Notes: a model not told the origin generated them from the sequence alone. Numbered from the stretch's first letter, positions 21,300 to 32,491 are shown. The stretch: DNA of 32,491 bases from Octopus sinensis (GCF_006345805.1 NW_021832787.1:1-32491), one strand, 5' to 3'. Numbers and translations are program-made.

Positions 21300-23425
21300 A
21301 ACTGTTTAAGAAAATTTGAGCGTCTATACGCAAGTAAGAAGAAACAGCTGAAAAAAGATTTTATCCAAAGAATGAGATAGCGAGCTTACTTCTTTGAAAT
21401 GAAACAACAGAATTACGGAAACAAGTATGGCCTCAAATCTTCCACCTATGCTGGAATTAGAAGCTTTGGAAAAAGACCTGTTCGAGCTTATTAGAAAAGT
21501 AAAATTCTCCTAAATCCTGCAATTTGTTCCACAGAGATATGAAAAAACAGATTAGAAATATAAAGAACTCGGATAAGATTTTTGTAGTCTCCGATAAATC
21601 TCATACATTGTTGAAAAAGATCTTTACAAACGACTTATTTCGAATTGAAATTTTGATACACACAGAAGAGTTAACACGAAATTATATAAAGAGTTGTATA
21701 TCGAAGCAAGAAGGATCGCTAACAACCTTAAAGTTAGTGATAGGATAGAATACCTTCCCTGACGCCAACTCTTTACTTCTCTTAAGGGCCATAAAGCTAA
21801 TTTCAGTAGAAACCCCAAAAGTAGCCTAATCAACCTAGCTAAAACAGAAATAGGTATTATTAGTAAAAAATATTTTAGATTCTATTTTAAACAAGTTAAA
21901 TAGAGAATTAAATTTACGGATTTCGGGAAATAGTGAGTACAAGGGAATTAGCCATACATGTAACTGTAAATTTATACAGTTCGACATTGTCGGTTTTTAC
22001 CCGTCAATGTCCAGGTTTTTACATCTTAAAGCAGTATACTTCCCCAAGCAACACGTTTCCATCGACAGTACGGGTATTGATATCATCCCGCATGCAAGAA
22101 AATTCCTTCTTTTTTACACTGATACCACCTGGGTGAAAAAGAGCGAGGATTCTTTATTTGATATGCCGATGGGGACATATGATGGGGCGGAGTTAGTTAT
22201 GCTTATAGGAGCCTGGATTTTACATTACCTACATCTGGAATTCCCTTTAATAGAATTCCTTTTTATATACAGGGATAACGGTTTTATAGTTACTCGTGAT
22301 TTAAACAATCATGAGTTAAATAGATTCTGGAAGATCATTACTTTCTTCCAAAGAATGGGGTTACGGATAACGATAGAATCTAACCTATATAATGTAGATT
22401 TTATGAATATTAGCTTAGATAGGCTACTGTAAGCCTAATGAAAGACTATATTATATTAGCAAAGGGTCAAATCATCTACCCTTTATACTCAAGAATTTAG
22501 TTAGTGATATAGGAAAGCGCATGTGGTCCTTAACTTCAGACGAGATAGTGTTTCAAAATGCTTCACTGTATTATGATAATGCATTAAGGAACAGCGGATT
22601 CTAGAAGATCCAGTATAGTCAAAGCACTACTAGTAATAATAGAATCCGTAGAACTAGAACTAGGATAGTCTTATGGTTTAATCTGGTATTTAACATTGCA
22701 GTAAAAACTAACGTAGGTAAAGAATTCCTGAGACTAGTTTCTAGGCACTTCCAAGAAAACCTTAAGTTCTATAGAATTTTTAATAGGAGAACGCTGAAGA
22801 CTGGCTATTTTTGTTGCAAGAGTTTTGCGTATTTAATTGATCAACACAACACGAAAACTATTTGATGCAAGGACATTGCTAGAAATAACCAGAAAAATTG
22901 CAGTTGTAAAGATCAATGTTGTTATCTGTTGGGAGGAATTTGTATAGAGAAAGGAATTGTTTATAGAGCTAAGGTACAAAAGATGGCTCACAAGAATACA
23001 AAACATATACAGGAGCTACGGAAAATTCCTTTAAGACTAGATTATATTCCCATCGTATTTCATCTTGATACCTCGAGAATAGAACAACAATGAATCTTGC
23101 CAAACATGTCTAGCATTTAAAAGAAAATGATACCCGTCCGTTCAATATCAGCTAGGTGATATTTGAGAAACCTGCACCATATAAGCATGTAGCATATATA
23201 AGCACTATGAGGTGCAGTTTATGCCTGACCGAAAAGCTCTTCATCCTGTTCCAGGATGAATATGCATTGAACCAGAGACAGGAGCTTTTGACTTCCTGCA
23301 GGCATGCAACGAGGTATAAAATGTCTACTGATACATACCATAAATGCCATACTGAAATTAATAACATTTTATTTCCGCATTTGAATTTAGCTTTCCCGCC
23401 TAACAGCAGCCATCATTTTGTATGA
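21300..23425 (+). pseudogene. Penelope-like retroelement ORF (RT + C-terminal GIY-YIG endonuclease), Naiad-type, decayed
   Basis: Frame-broken motifs in order: DFIQRMR*RAYFF, YGLKS, ELEALEKDLFELIRKVKF, KIFVVSDKSH, LKGHKANFSRNPKSSLINLAKTEIG, FDMPMGTYDGAELV, IYRDNGF (catalytic YRDD to YRDN), SNHLP, VKTNVGKEFL, CSCKDQCCYLLGGICIEKGIVYRAKV..YTGATENSFKTR, CSLCLTEKLFIL...LNQRQELLTSCRH. Confidence 0.92.
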
Positions 23426-24242
23426 TATCGCCCTTACAGTTTACATTTTTCGACCTTCGACTGCTTATAAACTTTTATTATACTTAATTTTTCATTTTAT
23501 TTTCATCGCGTTTTGTAACCGTTACTTTTAAAAGCCCTTTTTGAGCAATTTGATTTTTTTACAATGTAATTCAGCCCACAATATACGTCACAATTTTAAT
23601 TTATAATTGTATATCTTAAAATCCCTTTTACAATCGCCTAATAATTGTTGTATAGACATCACGTGTTTCTTATGTTTTTAAAGACATCGAATACCAGAAT
23701 GGATTTGTTTTATTTTATTTTATTATGTTATTATTTTTATTGTTTACTTAATTACTCCCATTGCATTCATTCACCATTTTTATTTATTTAATTATTTCCA
23801 TTTCTTTATCATTTTTATTATCCTTGATTGTAATGCGATTGTGATGCCAGAGCATTAATGGACTTAGTAAAAATTTTTTGGAGATTTTCGGCACTCACTA
23901 AGTTTTCTCATTTAAAGTTCGCCGAGGCCAAACTTTATATTATATTATTACACTATTAATTTAATTGTATTATTGAATTTTTTTCAGTGCACAATTTGAA
24001 GCTACACTAATTTGAAATACAGTATACTAGACAAACGGTTTTAAATATACTCCTGTGCGTATATACGTTATCGTACATATAAGTTTGTTTACGTACATAT
24101 GTGTATATAGATGATATATTATATATACACACGGGTGTGTATGATTCTGTATAGAAGAATATATTACTCAAAGACATTTCAACTTTGATTTTCACGTTTT
24201 ATTTACAATTTTATTATAATATAATATAAAATAACATTATTC

Positions 24243-24335
24243 ACATTATTTACATTTGACGGATATTAGTCCTCATCTTGTTTGTTGCTAACACAACGTT
24301 CCGGGTGATATACACTCCAGCCTTCATCAGGTGTA
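24243..24335 (-). repeat. Inverted copy of the hammerhead tail attached to the 5' end of the element at 24339
   Basis: acattatttacatttgacggatatt...catcaggtgt is the reverse complement of 24715-24803. It contains a degenerate HHR at 24290-24334 (ACAC-CTGATGA-A-ggctg..caccc-GGAA-CGTT-GTGTT). Confidence 0.85.
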
Positions 24336-24338
24336 TTT

Positions 24339-24408
24339 GGCATATGGCGTTGTGGTTAGGAACGCAGGCTACTAACCCCAAGATTCCGAGTTCGATTCCA
24401 GGCAGTGA

Positions 24409-24470
<62 letters not shown>

Positions 24471-24625
24471 TTAATTACAATAATAATAACATCAAAAAAT
24501 ACCTTAATAATAATAATAATAATAGTAATAATAATAATAATGATAATAATAATAATAATAATAATAATATAATAATATAATAATAATAATAATAATATAA
24601 TAATAATAATAATAATAATAATTAC

Positions 24626-24672
<47 letters not shown>

Positions 24673-24803
24673 CAACAACATCAAAAAATACCCAGGTTTA
24701 AAATTTCCCCCAGAACACCTGATGAATGCTGGAGGGTATATCAGCCGAAACGTGTTAACAACAAACAAGATGAGGACAAATACCCGTTAAATGTAAATAA
24801 TGT
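24339..24803 (+). mobile_element. Non-autonomous retroelement: tRNA-like Pol III head + (AAT)n + hammerhead-bearing tail (copy 2)
   Basis: A box TGGCGTTGTGG (24345-55), B box GTTCGATTCC (24390-99), (AAT)n at about 24413-24680, then the same tail as in 200-340 (-). Confidence 0.85.
24714..24756 (+). ncRNA. Minimal type I hammerhead motif, degenerate
   Basis: AACAC-CTGATGA-A-tgctg..cagcc-GAAA-CGT-GTT. There is a 3-nt deletion at the cleavage triplet/stem I and a mismatched first pair of stem II. Confidence 0.6.
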
Positions 24804-24947
24804 ACATAATTCCTCATCTCTTAAATATAGAACTGTAAGATAATATATGATGAAATGATAGAATATGAAATGCCCATTCTAATTGAACTTGTACTTCCAT
24901 GAATCAAACCATATAGTTTGCAAACATTAACATTCTGGAGCCTATTT

Positions 24948-25034
24948 AAGGCATTCATTTTAGCCATCTCACTACAGTTGTCAATTGTAAAAGGCATTCA
25001 TTTTAGCCATCTCACTACAGTTGTAAAATGTAAA
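24948..25034 (+). repeat. 43-bp direct tandem duplication
   Basis: aaggcattcattttagccatctcactacagttgt starts at both 24948 and 24991. Confidence 0.9.
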
Positions 25035-25608
25035 ACATAGCCGTCACCACTACTGCATGAACCTGAAGATTTCATAATTAAATGCATGAAAGAACGAGTT
25101 TAATCAGAATGTACATGCGTTTATGGTTATCTATATTTTTGTACGCGTGTTTACATGTGTGTAACTATTGTATATATATATATTAAAGTGAATATGTATT
25201 TTGTGTGCGTTCGAAGGCTTCGCTTTTATGCATAAAGCTTAGATGTATCTTATCCTTATTTTTTACTTTTTCTTTCATCCTCCTCCTTCTCCTTATCGGT
25301 AGACACTTTAGTGAATGCCGTTATCTTCTCTGACTTTTTCTATCTTTATTTCTCACTCTTTCTCTCTCTCCTCCATTCTACCACTTATTTTTCTTCCAGC
25401 CACCAACTCTTTTTCTAATTCTGATTCTTTTCTAAAGAGTAGCAATAAAGTTGCTCCTTCACAATTTACGCTCGAAGACGTATGATGTGTGTGTATATAT
25501 ATTATATAAATTAGAGACAAAACCACTATTATGCAAATCAAACAAAGAAAGACTTAATCCAATACATAATGAATTTATATAATTTAGAAATTTAACAATT
25601 TTTAATAT

Positions 25609-25672
25609 CCACTACGATCGTTTCATGTCTTCTTTTCATCACATCTTTGAGTAGTAGACATTCTTCAGGTGG
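25609..25672 (-). ncRNA. Minimal type I hammerhead ribozyme, core intact (mirror copy)
   Basis: Exact reverse complement of 25689-25752. Confidence 0.8.
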
Positions 25673-25688
25673 TTTCAAATATTTGAAA

Positions 25689-25752
25689 CCACCTGAAGAA
25701 TGTCTACTACTCAAAGATGTGATGAAAAGAAGACATGAAACGATCGTAGTGG
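25689..25752 (+). ncRNA. Minimal type I hammerhead ribozyme, core intact
   Basis: CCAC-CTGAAGA-ATGTCT-(25-nt loop)-AGACAT-GAAA-CGATCG-TA-GTGG: 4-bp stem I, 6-bp stem II, palindromic stem III ACGATCGT, predicted GUA cleavage after 25748. Confidence 0.8.
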
Positions 25753-25969
25753 ATATTAAAAATTGTAAATTTCTAAATTATATAAATTCATTTATGTATT
25801 GGATTAAGTCTTTCTTTGTTTGATTTGCATAATAGTGGTTTTGTCTCTAATTTAATATAATATATTATTTTACTATAAAATTGGATTCAATGCTAAATCT
25901 GATTTTTCCCTGTAAGTTTGGATTTATTCCCTAATATTTATTATTATTATTATTATTATATATATATAT

Positions 25970-26265
25970 ATGCGTATAATAAGAGATGGCCACTAAGTGG
26001 ACATCCAATATGCTACGATCTAACTATAAAGAAAAGAACGATGATTACGTAAGAAAAATCGTTAATGACGAAACCGGTCTACGATTAATTCTTTATTTTC
26101 GTATATTTTCATCTGTCTTACCTGCTTATATTCTGGTGTTTGCTAAATTTCTCTTGAGAACATTCTTTTCTTTGTAGTTAGATCGTAGATGATCTTCTTC
26201 TAGCATATTGGATGTCCACTTAGTGGTCATTCCTTCTTATACGCATGTATAAGGAATGACCACTT
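25970..26265. repeat. Inverted-repeat element with ~70-85 bp arms and a terminal hairpin
   Basis: 25970-26040 is the reverse complement of 26161-26246, except for a gap of about 14 bp in the left arm. An additional fold-back gtggtcattcctt...aaggaatgaccac lies at 26223-26263. Confidence 0.75.
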
Positions 26266-26362
26266 TTCTGAATTTTCAGATTTTTCTATATGCTAGGCTA
26301 CTGGTTTTAAATTAATGTTAATTAAATTAATATCCAATTTATCACCCTCAGTATTTAAATTT

Positions 26363-26405
<43 letters not shown>

Positions 26406-26414
26406 ATAGATACC

Positions 26415-26486
<72 letters not shown>

Positions 26487-27034
26487 ATATACCTATATAT
26501 ATTAGTATATATATTCATTATCTATGTTTTGCCTGTGTATGCTTGTAAATATGCATGCATGCATATATTAGCGTTTGTATGTTTAATGTACACATGTACT
26601 ATTATGGTTTTAGTGTGTTTTTTAGGCCTTTTGATTTATCTAAGTGAATATTATCATCAACAGACTTACACTTATTTTTAATTAAACATATTTTAACATT
26701 AAATAATTTATTCTGGGTATACATCTTTTTCCTTCTAACTACAGTTATTTTTAAGGTTTCCTTCTATTTCACATAATATGATTTTATATCATTGATTAGA
26801 TAAAAAAATACGATAGTTGAAAGGACCAACGAAAAGAAATCAATTTCCTATGTGTATCTGTCAATGTAAATTGTACATTTTATATATACAAACTTTATTT
26901 TGTTCAACACTCTATCTAAACTCTCCGACGAACGGGAACGTGAAACTCTTTTATGATACGTTTTGTAAAAGTCTTTGTGATGTGTTTGAGATAGTTTTGC
27001 CGCTTTGATAATAATAAGGTGTGTGCATATATAC

Positions 27035-27094
<60 letters not shown>

Positions 27095-27667
27095 CATGCC
27101 TGTATCTATATGAGTGTGTGTCTGTGTGCGTTTATGTATGTGTGTAGTATGCATAAGAAAAAGAGGTGACACGGAAAAGATGTTGGTTTTGTTATGACAT
27201 TTTTTTACTTTTTCTACTTACAGTTCTAATTGCCTTTTGGATATACACTTCTATTTATATACATCAGTAATGACTCTCTCGCTGGTAATGGCTTCTCAGT
27301 ATATTGCACAAATATCATACATACATATATACAAACATACATACAGACCCACACACAGACACATGCATGCGCACACACACGCACACGTTTATGTATGCAT
27401 ATGCTTATAAAGATTAGACGCAATTCACGAACAAACCTGACGGCTATTCTCATGCTATCAAGTAATTTGAGAATTTAACGTGATAAATTGAATACCAGTA
27501 GGGACAAAAATCCGCGGCACCATCAGTGGAAACAGGTATCGAGTGAAAATTTCAGTAAGAGGCTGTATACATGTGCCACCAATAACAATTCGGGGTGATC
27601 TTGATTATAGACAAAATTCGCATATCAAATGAAACGTTATATAAGTTTGTGCATGTATACGCATATG

Positions 27668-27759
<92 letters not shown>

Positions 27760-27774
27760 GTATGTTTAGTTAAT

Positions 27775-27960
27775 CCAAACATGAAAACACAAATATGAAA
27801 ACACAACAACGCGAGGACGTGGAACAAGTATAGTGTTATTGGACGCTCAGGAAAGGAAATAAAGAAGGAGGATTTAACGTTTCGAGCAGATCTCTTTGTC
27901 AGAAACATAAGAAAAGGAAAGATCCATGGAAGAGAAGACGGAGGAAAAAATCGCCAACGA
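27775..27960 (-). mobile_element. Repeat fragment carrying a degenerate minimal hammerhead (third HHR family), presumably PLE-derived
   Basis: 27873-27905 (-) reads TTT-CTGACAA-A-gaga-tct-gctc-GAAA-CGTT-AAA. The core G8 is mutated and there is one stem II mismatch. Confidence 0.5.
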
Positions 27961-27996
27961 TATTATACACACACATTTACATATATATATATATAT

Positions 27997-28047
<51 letters not shown>

Positions 28048-28411
28048 TGTGTGTGTATGTGTGTGTGTGTGCGAAAGATAAAAAATGAAGACGTAATGTG
28101 CCAACGAAAAACAATTGATATTACCACATCATTTGTTTCTTCTTGAAGATGCACTGCTCCCTTCTGGGCGTGGAACGATGCAATGACACCAGATGCAACG
28201 CACGAGGCATAGAAGACACCTCAGTTGGGATAATAAGATTTTAAGCTGGGAGATTTGCATTTGTGTTGCGCTATATTGGGAGATTTTAGCAGTTAGACAG
28301 AGGTACTACAAACAGACGCGCACATTCATACGTTTAAATCAATGCAAAACGTTTTTTTGTTGTTGGTACATTCCGTCCACTTTTTTTATATTTAATATAT
28401 ACCCGAAGACC

Positions 28412-28800
28412 GAGGAGGCGCAATGGACCAGTGGTTAGGGCAGCGGACTCGCGGTCATAGGATCGTGGATTCGAATCCCCAGACCGGGCGTTGTGAGTGT
28501 TTATTGAGCGAAAACACCTAAAGCTCCACGAGGCTCCGGCAGGGGATGGTGGTTATCCCTGCTGTACTCTTTCACCACAACTTTCTCTCACTCTTACTTC
28601 CTGTTTCTGTTGTACCTGTATTTCAAAGGGCCGGCCTTGTCACTCTCTGTGTCACGCTGAATATCCCCGAGAACTACGTTAAGGGTACACGTGCCTGTGG
28701 AGTGCTCAGCCACTTACACGTTAATTTCACGAGCAGGCTGTTCCGTTGATTCGGATCAACCGGAACCCTCGTCGTCGTAACCGACGGAGTGCTTCCATCC
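28412..28800 (+). mobile_element. SINE family C (probably OR1), full length with 13-bp TSD
   Basis: TSD atacccgaagacc at 28399-28411 and 28801-28813. A-box-like tggaccagtgg and B-box-like attcgaatcc. Confidence 0.95.
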
Positions 28801-29959
28801 ATACCCGAAGACCATGAAGGAATTCCTGGGATTATTACGACGATGTTTACTAAGCTTCATCGATGAGGCCTGGCAGCCATAGCTAGTGCACGTCCACCGC
28901 GGACGCACGACCTGGGACTCATTCTGTAATAAGTTTTCGATACTGCGTTTAACATGTATTGTCTAAACGTTAATTATTCAACCTCATATTTGAGTTACAC
29001 ACTCACACACACACGCGCGCGCGCACAGACAAACACACACACAGACACACACATACACACATACATATATATATATATATTAAAACAATACATTAAAAAG
29101 AGATACCCAAGAATTCATTCAAAACAGTCCCAATCACCATTATCATCCAAAACGAGTCACTTTTAGGTCACTTGACCATTTAACATACTGCTAGTATCAT
29201 ACCACTCCCACACTCTTTTTTTATTCTATCTCTTCTCTTCTCTCCGCCTCCCCTTCTTCGTTTTCTGCTTCTTTCCTCTGCCACCCTCTTCTCAAGATAC
29301 ATAAACTTGTACACATATAAACACGCACATAAATATAAAATCATTTCTCTTTGATTGCTCTCCCCCACCACATCCCCTTTCTCACACTTTGTGTATCCTT
29401 CTCTCTCTCTCTCTCTCTCTCTCGCTTTCTCTGTCTCTTTCCGTCATATAGATATTCGTTGGTGCACGCGTATATTTCTACAGATGTACATCTGAATATG
29501 TATAAGACTTCGATTATGTATCCATCACAGACAAGAAATCAAACTACCTCGGTCCCACACTGTAAAGAAGATGGAGTCAGAAACAGGCAGAAACAATAAA
29601 AATGCATCCAGTGTTTTTCCACAATTTTATTGTTTTCCATACTTAGCGTTGAAAAAGTCTAAATGACTGAAACAGTTACTAAAATGTTTTTCATGATAGA
29701 ATTATTTAAGCATTTTCTACCTTGAAACTTTTCCTGATATATATATGAATATAACTGTGATAAAATTTCTAAACATTTAATGGCTCGCTACGCGTGTTTC
29801 CGCGAGACATGTGTCTCTTAGGATCCAAGTCCGTATTCCTGGAATGATTACATTTTAGTCCCCAGTATCCGTTCATCAGTCAGCATCACTAGACTGTGGC
29901 TGTCAAAATGGGACAAGGGCTTTATTAGCTTTTTCCGTAAGCATATTTAGAAGATATAT

Positions 29960-29971
29960 ATGTGCGTGCGT

Positions 29972-30027
<56 letters not shown>

Positions 30028-30100
30028 TATGTATGTAATATATATATATATATATATAATATATATATATGTGTGTGTGTGTATATATATGTATGTATAT
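29960..30100. repeat. (TA)n/(TG)n tract
   Basis: Direct reading. Confidence 0.9.
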
Positions 30101-30346
30101 ATATCAGAATGATGTAGACGCCTGTGGTGAGAACCCAATAAGGTTCAAAAATCAAATAAGGTTGTTCACTATTTTTCAGTCTGCAAAGAAAGGGCAAAAA
30201 TTTGCCCTGTTTATGATTATACTATATATTTATATATGAGCATACAAACACATGCGTGCTGTATATGTGTGTATATATATATATATATGTGTGTGTGTAG
30301 ATATATATGAACGTGTGTATCTCTCTCTCTCTCCTCTCTCTCTCTA

Positions 30347-30377
<31 letters not shown>

Positions 30378-30589
30378 GGTTTTCTGTGTGAGTCGCTTTG
30401 TACGTGAATATGTATTGACTCTCATAGGAGTTTAAATATAAATGAATATACGTTTTAAGGCATAATTGTGTATATTCATAGGAACATAAACCCTCTCAAA
30501 TGCACGCACACGTATACTATAGAAACTTAGAAACTCACAGACATTTACGTACACATCTCTCCAAAATTATGAGCATGTATGTGAATAAG

Positions 30590-30880
30590 TTATCACTATA
30601 TTTGTGAATATATATATAAATGAGTGTGTATATATATATACATATATGTGTGCGTGTGTGTGTGTGTATATATTATATATATACATAGATAGGTAGATAG
30701 ATCGATATGTGTGTATATAAATATATATATACAGAGAGAGAGAGAAGAGAGAGAAGAGAGGGACAAAAAACTGATAAAAAATGATTCACGTAGATTGACA
30801 GACAGGCAATTAAATAGATTGATTGGTAGATAGATAGATAAATAGATATATAGATGTGGGTACCTATGTATATATATACA

Positions 30881-30914
<34 letters not shown>

Positions 30915-31036
30915 GAGTGTATGCGTGTTTGTGGTGTGTAAAGATATATATAGGTTTAAATATATATTAAGGCATATGCATGTATGGAGTGTATGATCGC
31001 GAGTGTTTGTTTACATATATACATATATATATATAC

Positions 31037-31090
<54 letters not shown>

Positions 31091-31106
31091 ATGTATATGT
31101 ATATAT

Positions 31107-31137
<31 letters not shown>

Positions 31138-31215
31138 GTATATGCATATATGTATGTATGCAATGTATATATGTATGTATGTATGTATGTGTATACATAT
31201 ATACACAAATATTTA
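30590..31215. repeat. Compound (TA)/(TG)/(GA)/(GATA)/(TATG) tract
   Basis: Direct reading. Confidence 0.85.
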
Positions 31216-31519
31216 TATTCTCACCTTACGTTATTAAACTGTTTGGTCCACTTATAAGTGCATAATCAATAAACAATGATGAGTTGCACTGCTTCGTCAG
31301 AGGTACATATCTTACAACAATATCTATGAACGAACATGATTGCAGCAGTAGCCACGCGGGCAAAGAATATTAATGAAAGTCTCCAGAGAAATCAAATATG
31401 AAAAGACGGAAATATCAACTCGGAGCGAAGATAACAGATTTCCCCTATGAAAAGCTAGTGAAATGTGTAATATAGGTTAAACGTAGGCAAATCGAAAACA
31501 AAACAATATATAAGTCAAA

Positions 31520-31632
31520 CACACTCACATACACACATACACACATACACATACAAGCACGTACACACACATATATCCATGTATATGTATATATCGACAT
31601 ATGTATACGAATATATATTATGTATATTAGTA

Positions 31633-31688
<56 letters not shown>

Positions 31689-31790
31689 CTTATATGTATA
31701 GAGACATATGCTTTATATACATATATTTGTGCATATAAATAAATAAATATGTGTGTTTATGTGTGTGTTTTTGTACGTGTGTGTGTCTTT
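31520..31790. repeat. Compound (CA)/(TA)/(TATG)/(TG) tract
   Basis: Direct reading. Confidence 0.85.
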
Positions 31791-32491
31791 TTCCTTTGTA
31801 TTTTCTGGGTTTTTTTACTCCTGCTTGTTAGTGTTTTATAAGTTATATTTTACTCTTCAACTTCAGAATTATAAAACTATAACGTTGAACTTAAGATAAT
31901 ATACAGTAAATTGGTGTATAATGGCATGTGACACAACTCTCCAACGTAGATATTCACCTGAATACATACACATGTACATACTTCCATATACATATATAAA
32001 CATATATAAATATATATATGCATATATGAAAATATATATATATATATATAAATGTATGTATGTATATATAGATAGATGTGAGTTCGTGTCTGTGAGTATA
32101 TATATATATATATATATCAGCAGCCTCAGAAGCAAACGTATGTGTTCGTCCCCGTGGCCTTTAGCACAACTTCACAGCCAGCCCCTACTCAAATCGTCCT
32201 GTCGAAAGACCCTTGTCCTACGTCTGGTTTGTTTTGTTTTTATTTTTTATTTTTACCGTTATTGTTTTTACGTTTTTGTATTCTTATTGGTGTCACGTAT
32301 TCTGTATTTTTGTTTGTGTACTTCGATCGTTTTCCGTCTTTCGTTGCATACATTCGAAGCTTTCTTGCCAGGGGATCTAATGCGCTTGGCTTAGATTTCC
32401 CTTGGCGGGCTGGCCATATCGGAGCAATCTTCAAATTAATCAGCCGAAATTGCTAAGATGATCTGGTTCTTGACTGATGACTGAGGGCTTC

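Larger units (their letters stand above)
25495..25866. repeat. ~370-bp near-perfect palindrome (head-to-head PLE-terminus-like repeat), no spacer
   Basis: Centre ggtttcaaat|atttgaaacc at 25680/25681. The arms match to about 25500/25860 with roughly two single-base indels. Confidence 0.95.

Noticed and set aside
22860-23330. Selenocysteine recoding, as reported for some Naiad elements
   Set aside because: The conserved Cys positions use TGC/TGT. The in-frame stops fit Trp (TAG) or Arg (TGA) decay, and I see no SECIS.
23880-23930. Minus-strand aaATGAGaaaacttagtgagtgccGAAAatc as a hammerhead remnant
   Set aside because: The core, stem II and stem III are all broken, so it cannot be distinguished from chance.
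24339-24411. tRNA gene call for SINE heads (also 2973, 12863, 19794, 28412)
   Set aside because: They have A/B boxes only, with no complete cloverleaf or acceptor stem, and each is fused to a repeat body.
27190-27300. Strong-looking acceptor (tttttctacttacAG) and possible short exon VLIAFWIYTSIYIH
   Set aside because: The same bases read as a minus-strand GTAAGT donor, no partner exon was found, and it is not supportable without RNA data.
29785-29890. Minus-strand CTGATGA ... GAAACACGCGTA
   Set aside because: The two core halves are about 75 nt apart with only a 2-bp closing stem II and no stem I pairing.
31280-31305. Minus-strand CTGACGAAG
   Set aside because: No downstream GAAA or stem II partner.
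32120-32491. GC-richer segment at the window end, with ggctg...cagccGAAA and a terminal CTGATGA
   Set aside because: The first motif lacks CUGANGA and a palindromic stem III, and the second is cut off by the window edge. It is probably a repeat, but I cannot classify it.

Overview
Eukaryotic, very AT-rich, microsatellite-saturated sequence that reads as intronic or intergenic. The SINE families resemble octopus/coleoid cephalopod repeats (inference from memory, no search run). I cannot support any intact host gene, rRNA, tRNA gene or CRISPR array, and almost all ORFs in the supplied track are microsatellite translations. The window is a mosaic of mobile elements: three to four tRNA-derived SINE families (about 15 copies or fragments), three copies of a non-autonomous Helitron plus a related element, a full-length decayed mariner with TIRs and TA TSD (16772-18060), 3' ends of two RLE-type LINEs (HERO-like and Dong/R4-like), a MITE, an unclassified 1.4-kb TIR element holding a decayed spliced ORF, and a nearly full-length decayed Penelope-like retroelement (PLE; Naiad-type RT plus GIY-YIG, about 21300-23425). 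The most notable signal is a set of minimal type I hammerhead ribozyme (HHR) motifs. (i) A repeat family built as Pol III tRNA-like head + (AAT)n + hammerhead tail occurs at about 200-535 (-) and 24339-24803 (+), the second copy carrying a PLE-style inverted terminal duplication. This suggests a SINE-like element mobilised by PLE machinery. (ii) A ~370-bp near-perfect palindrome at 25495-25866 encodes an intact hammerhead core on each strand. Element boundaries are read by eye and are approximate unless a TSD or terminus is quoted.
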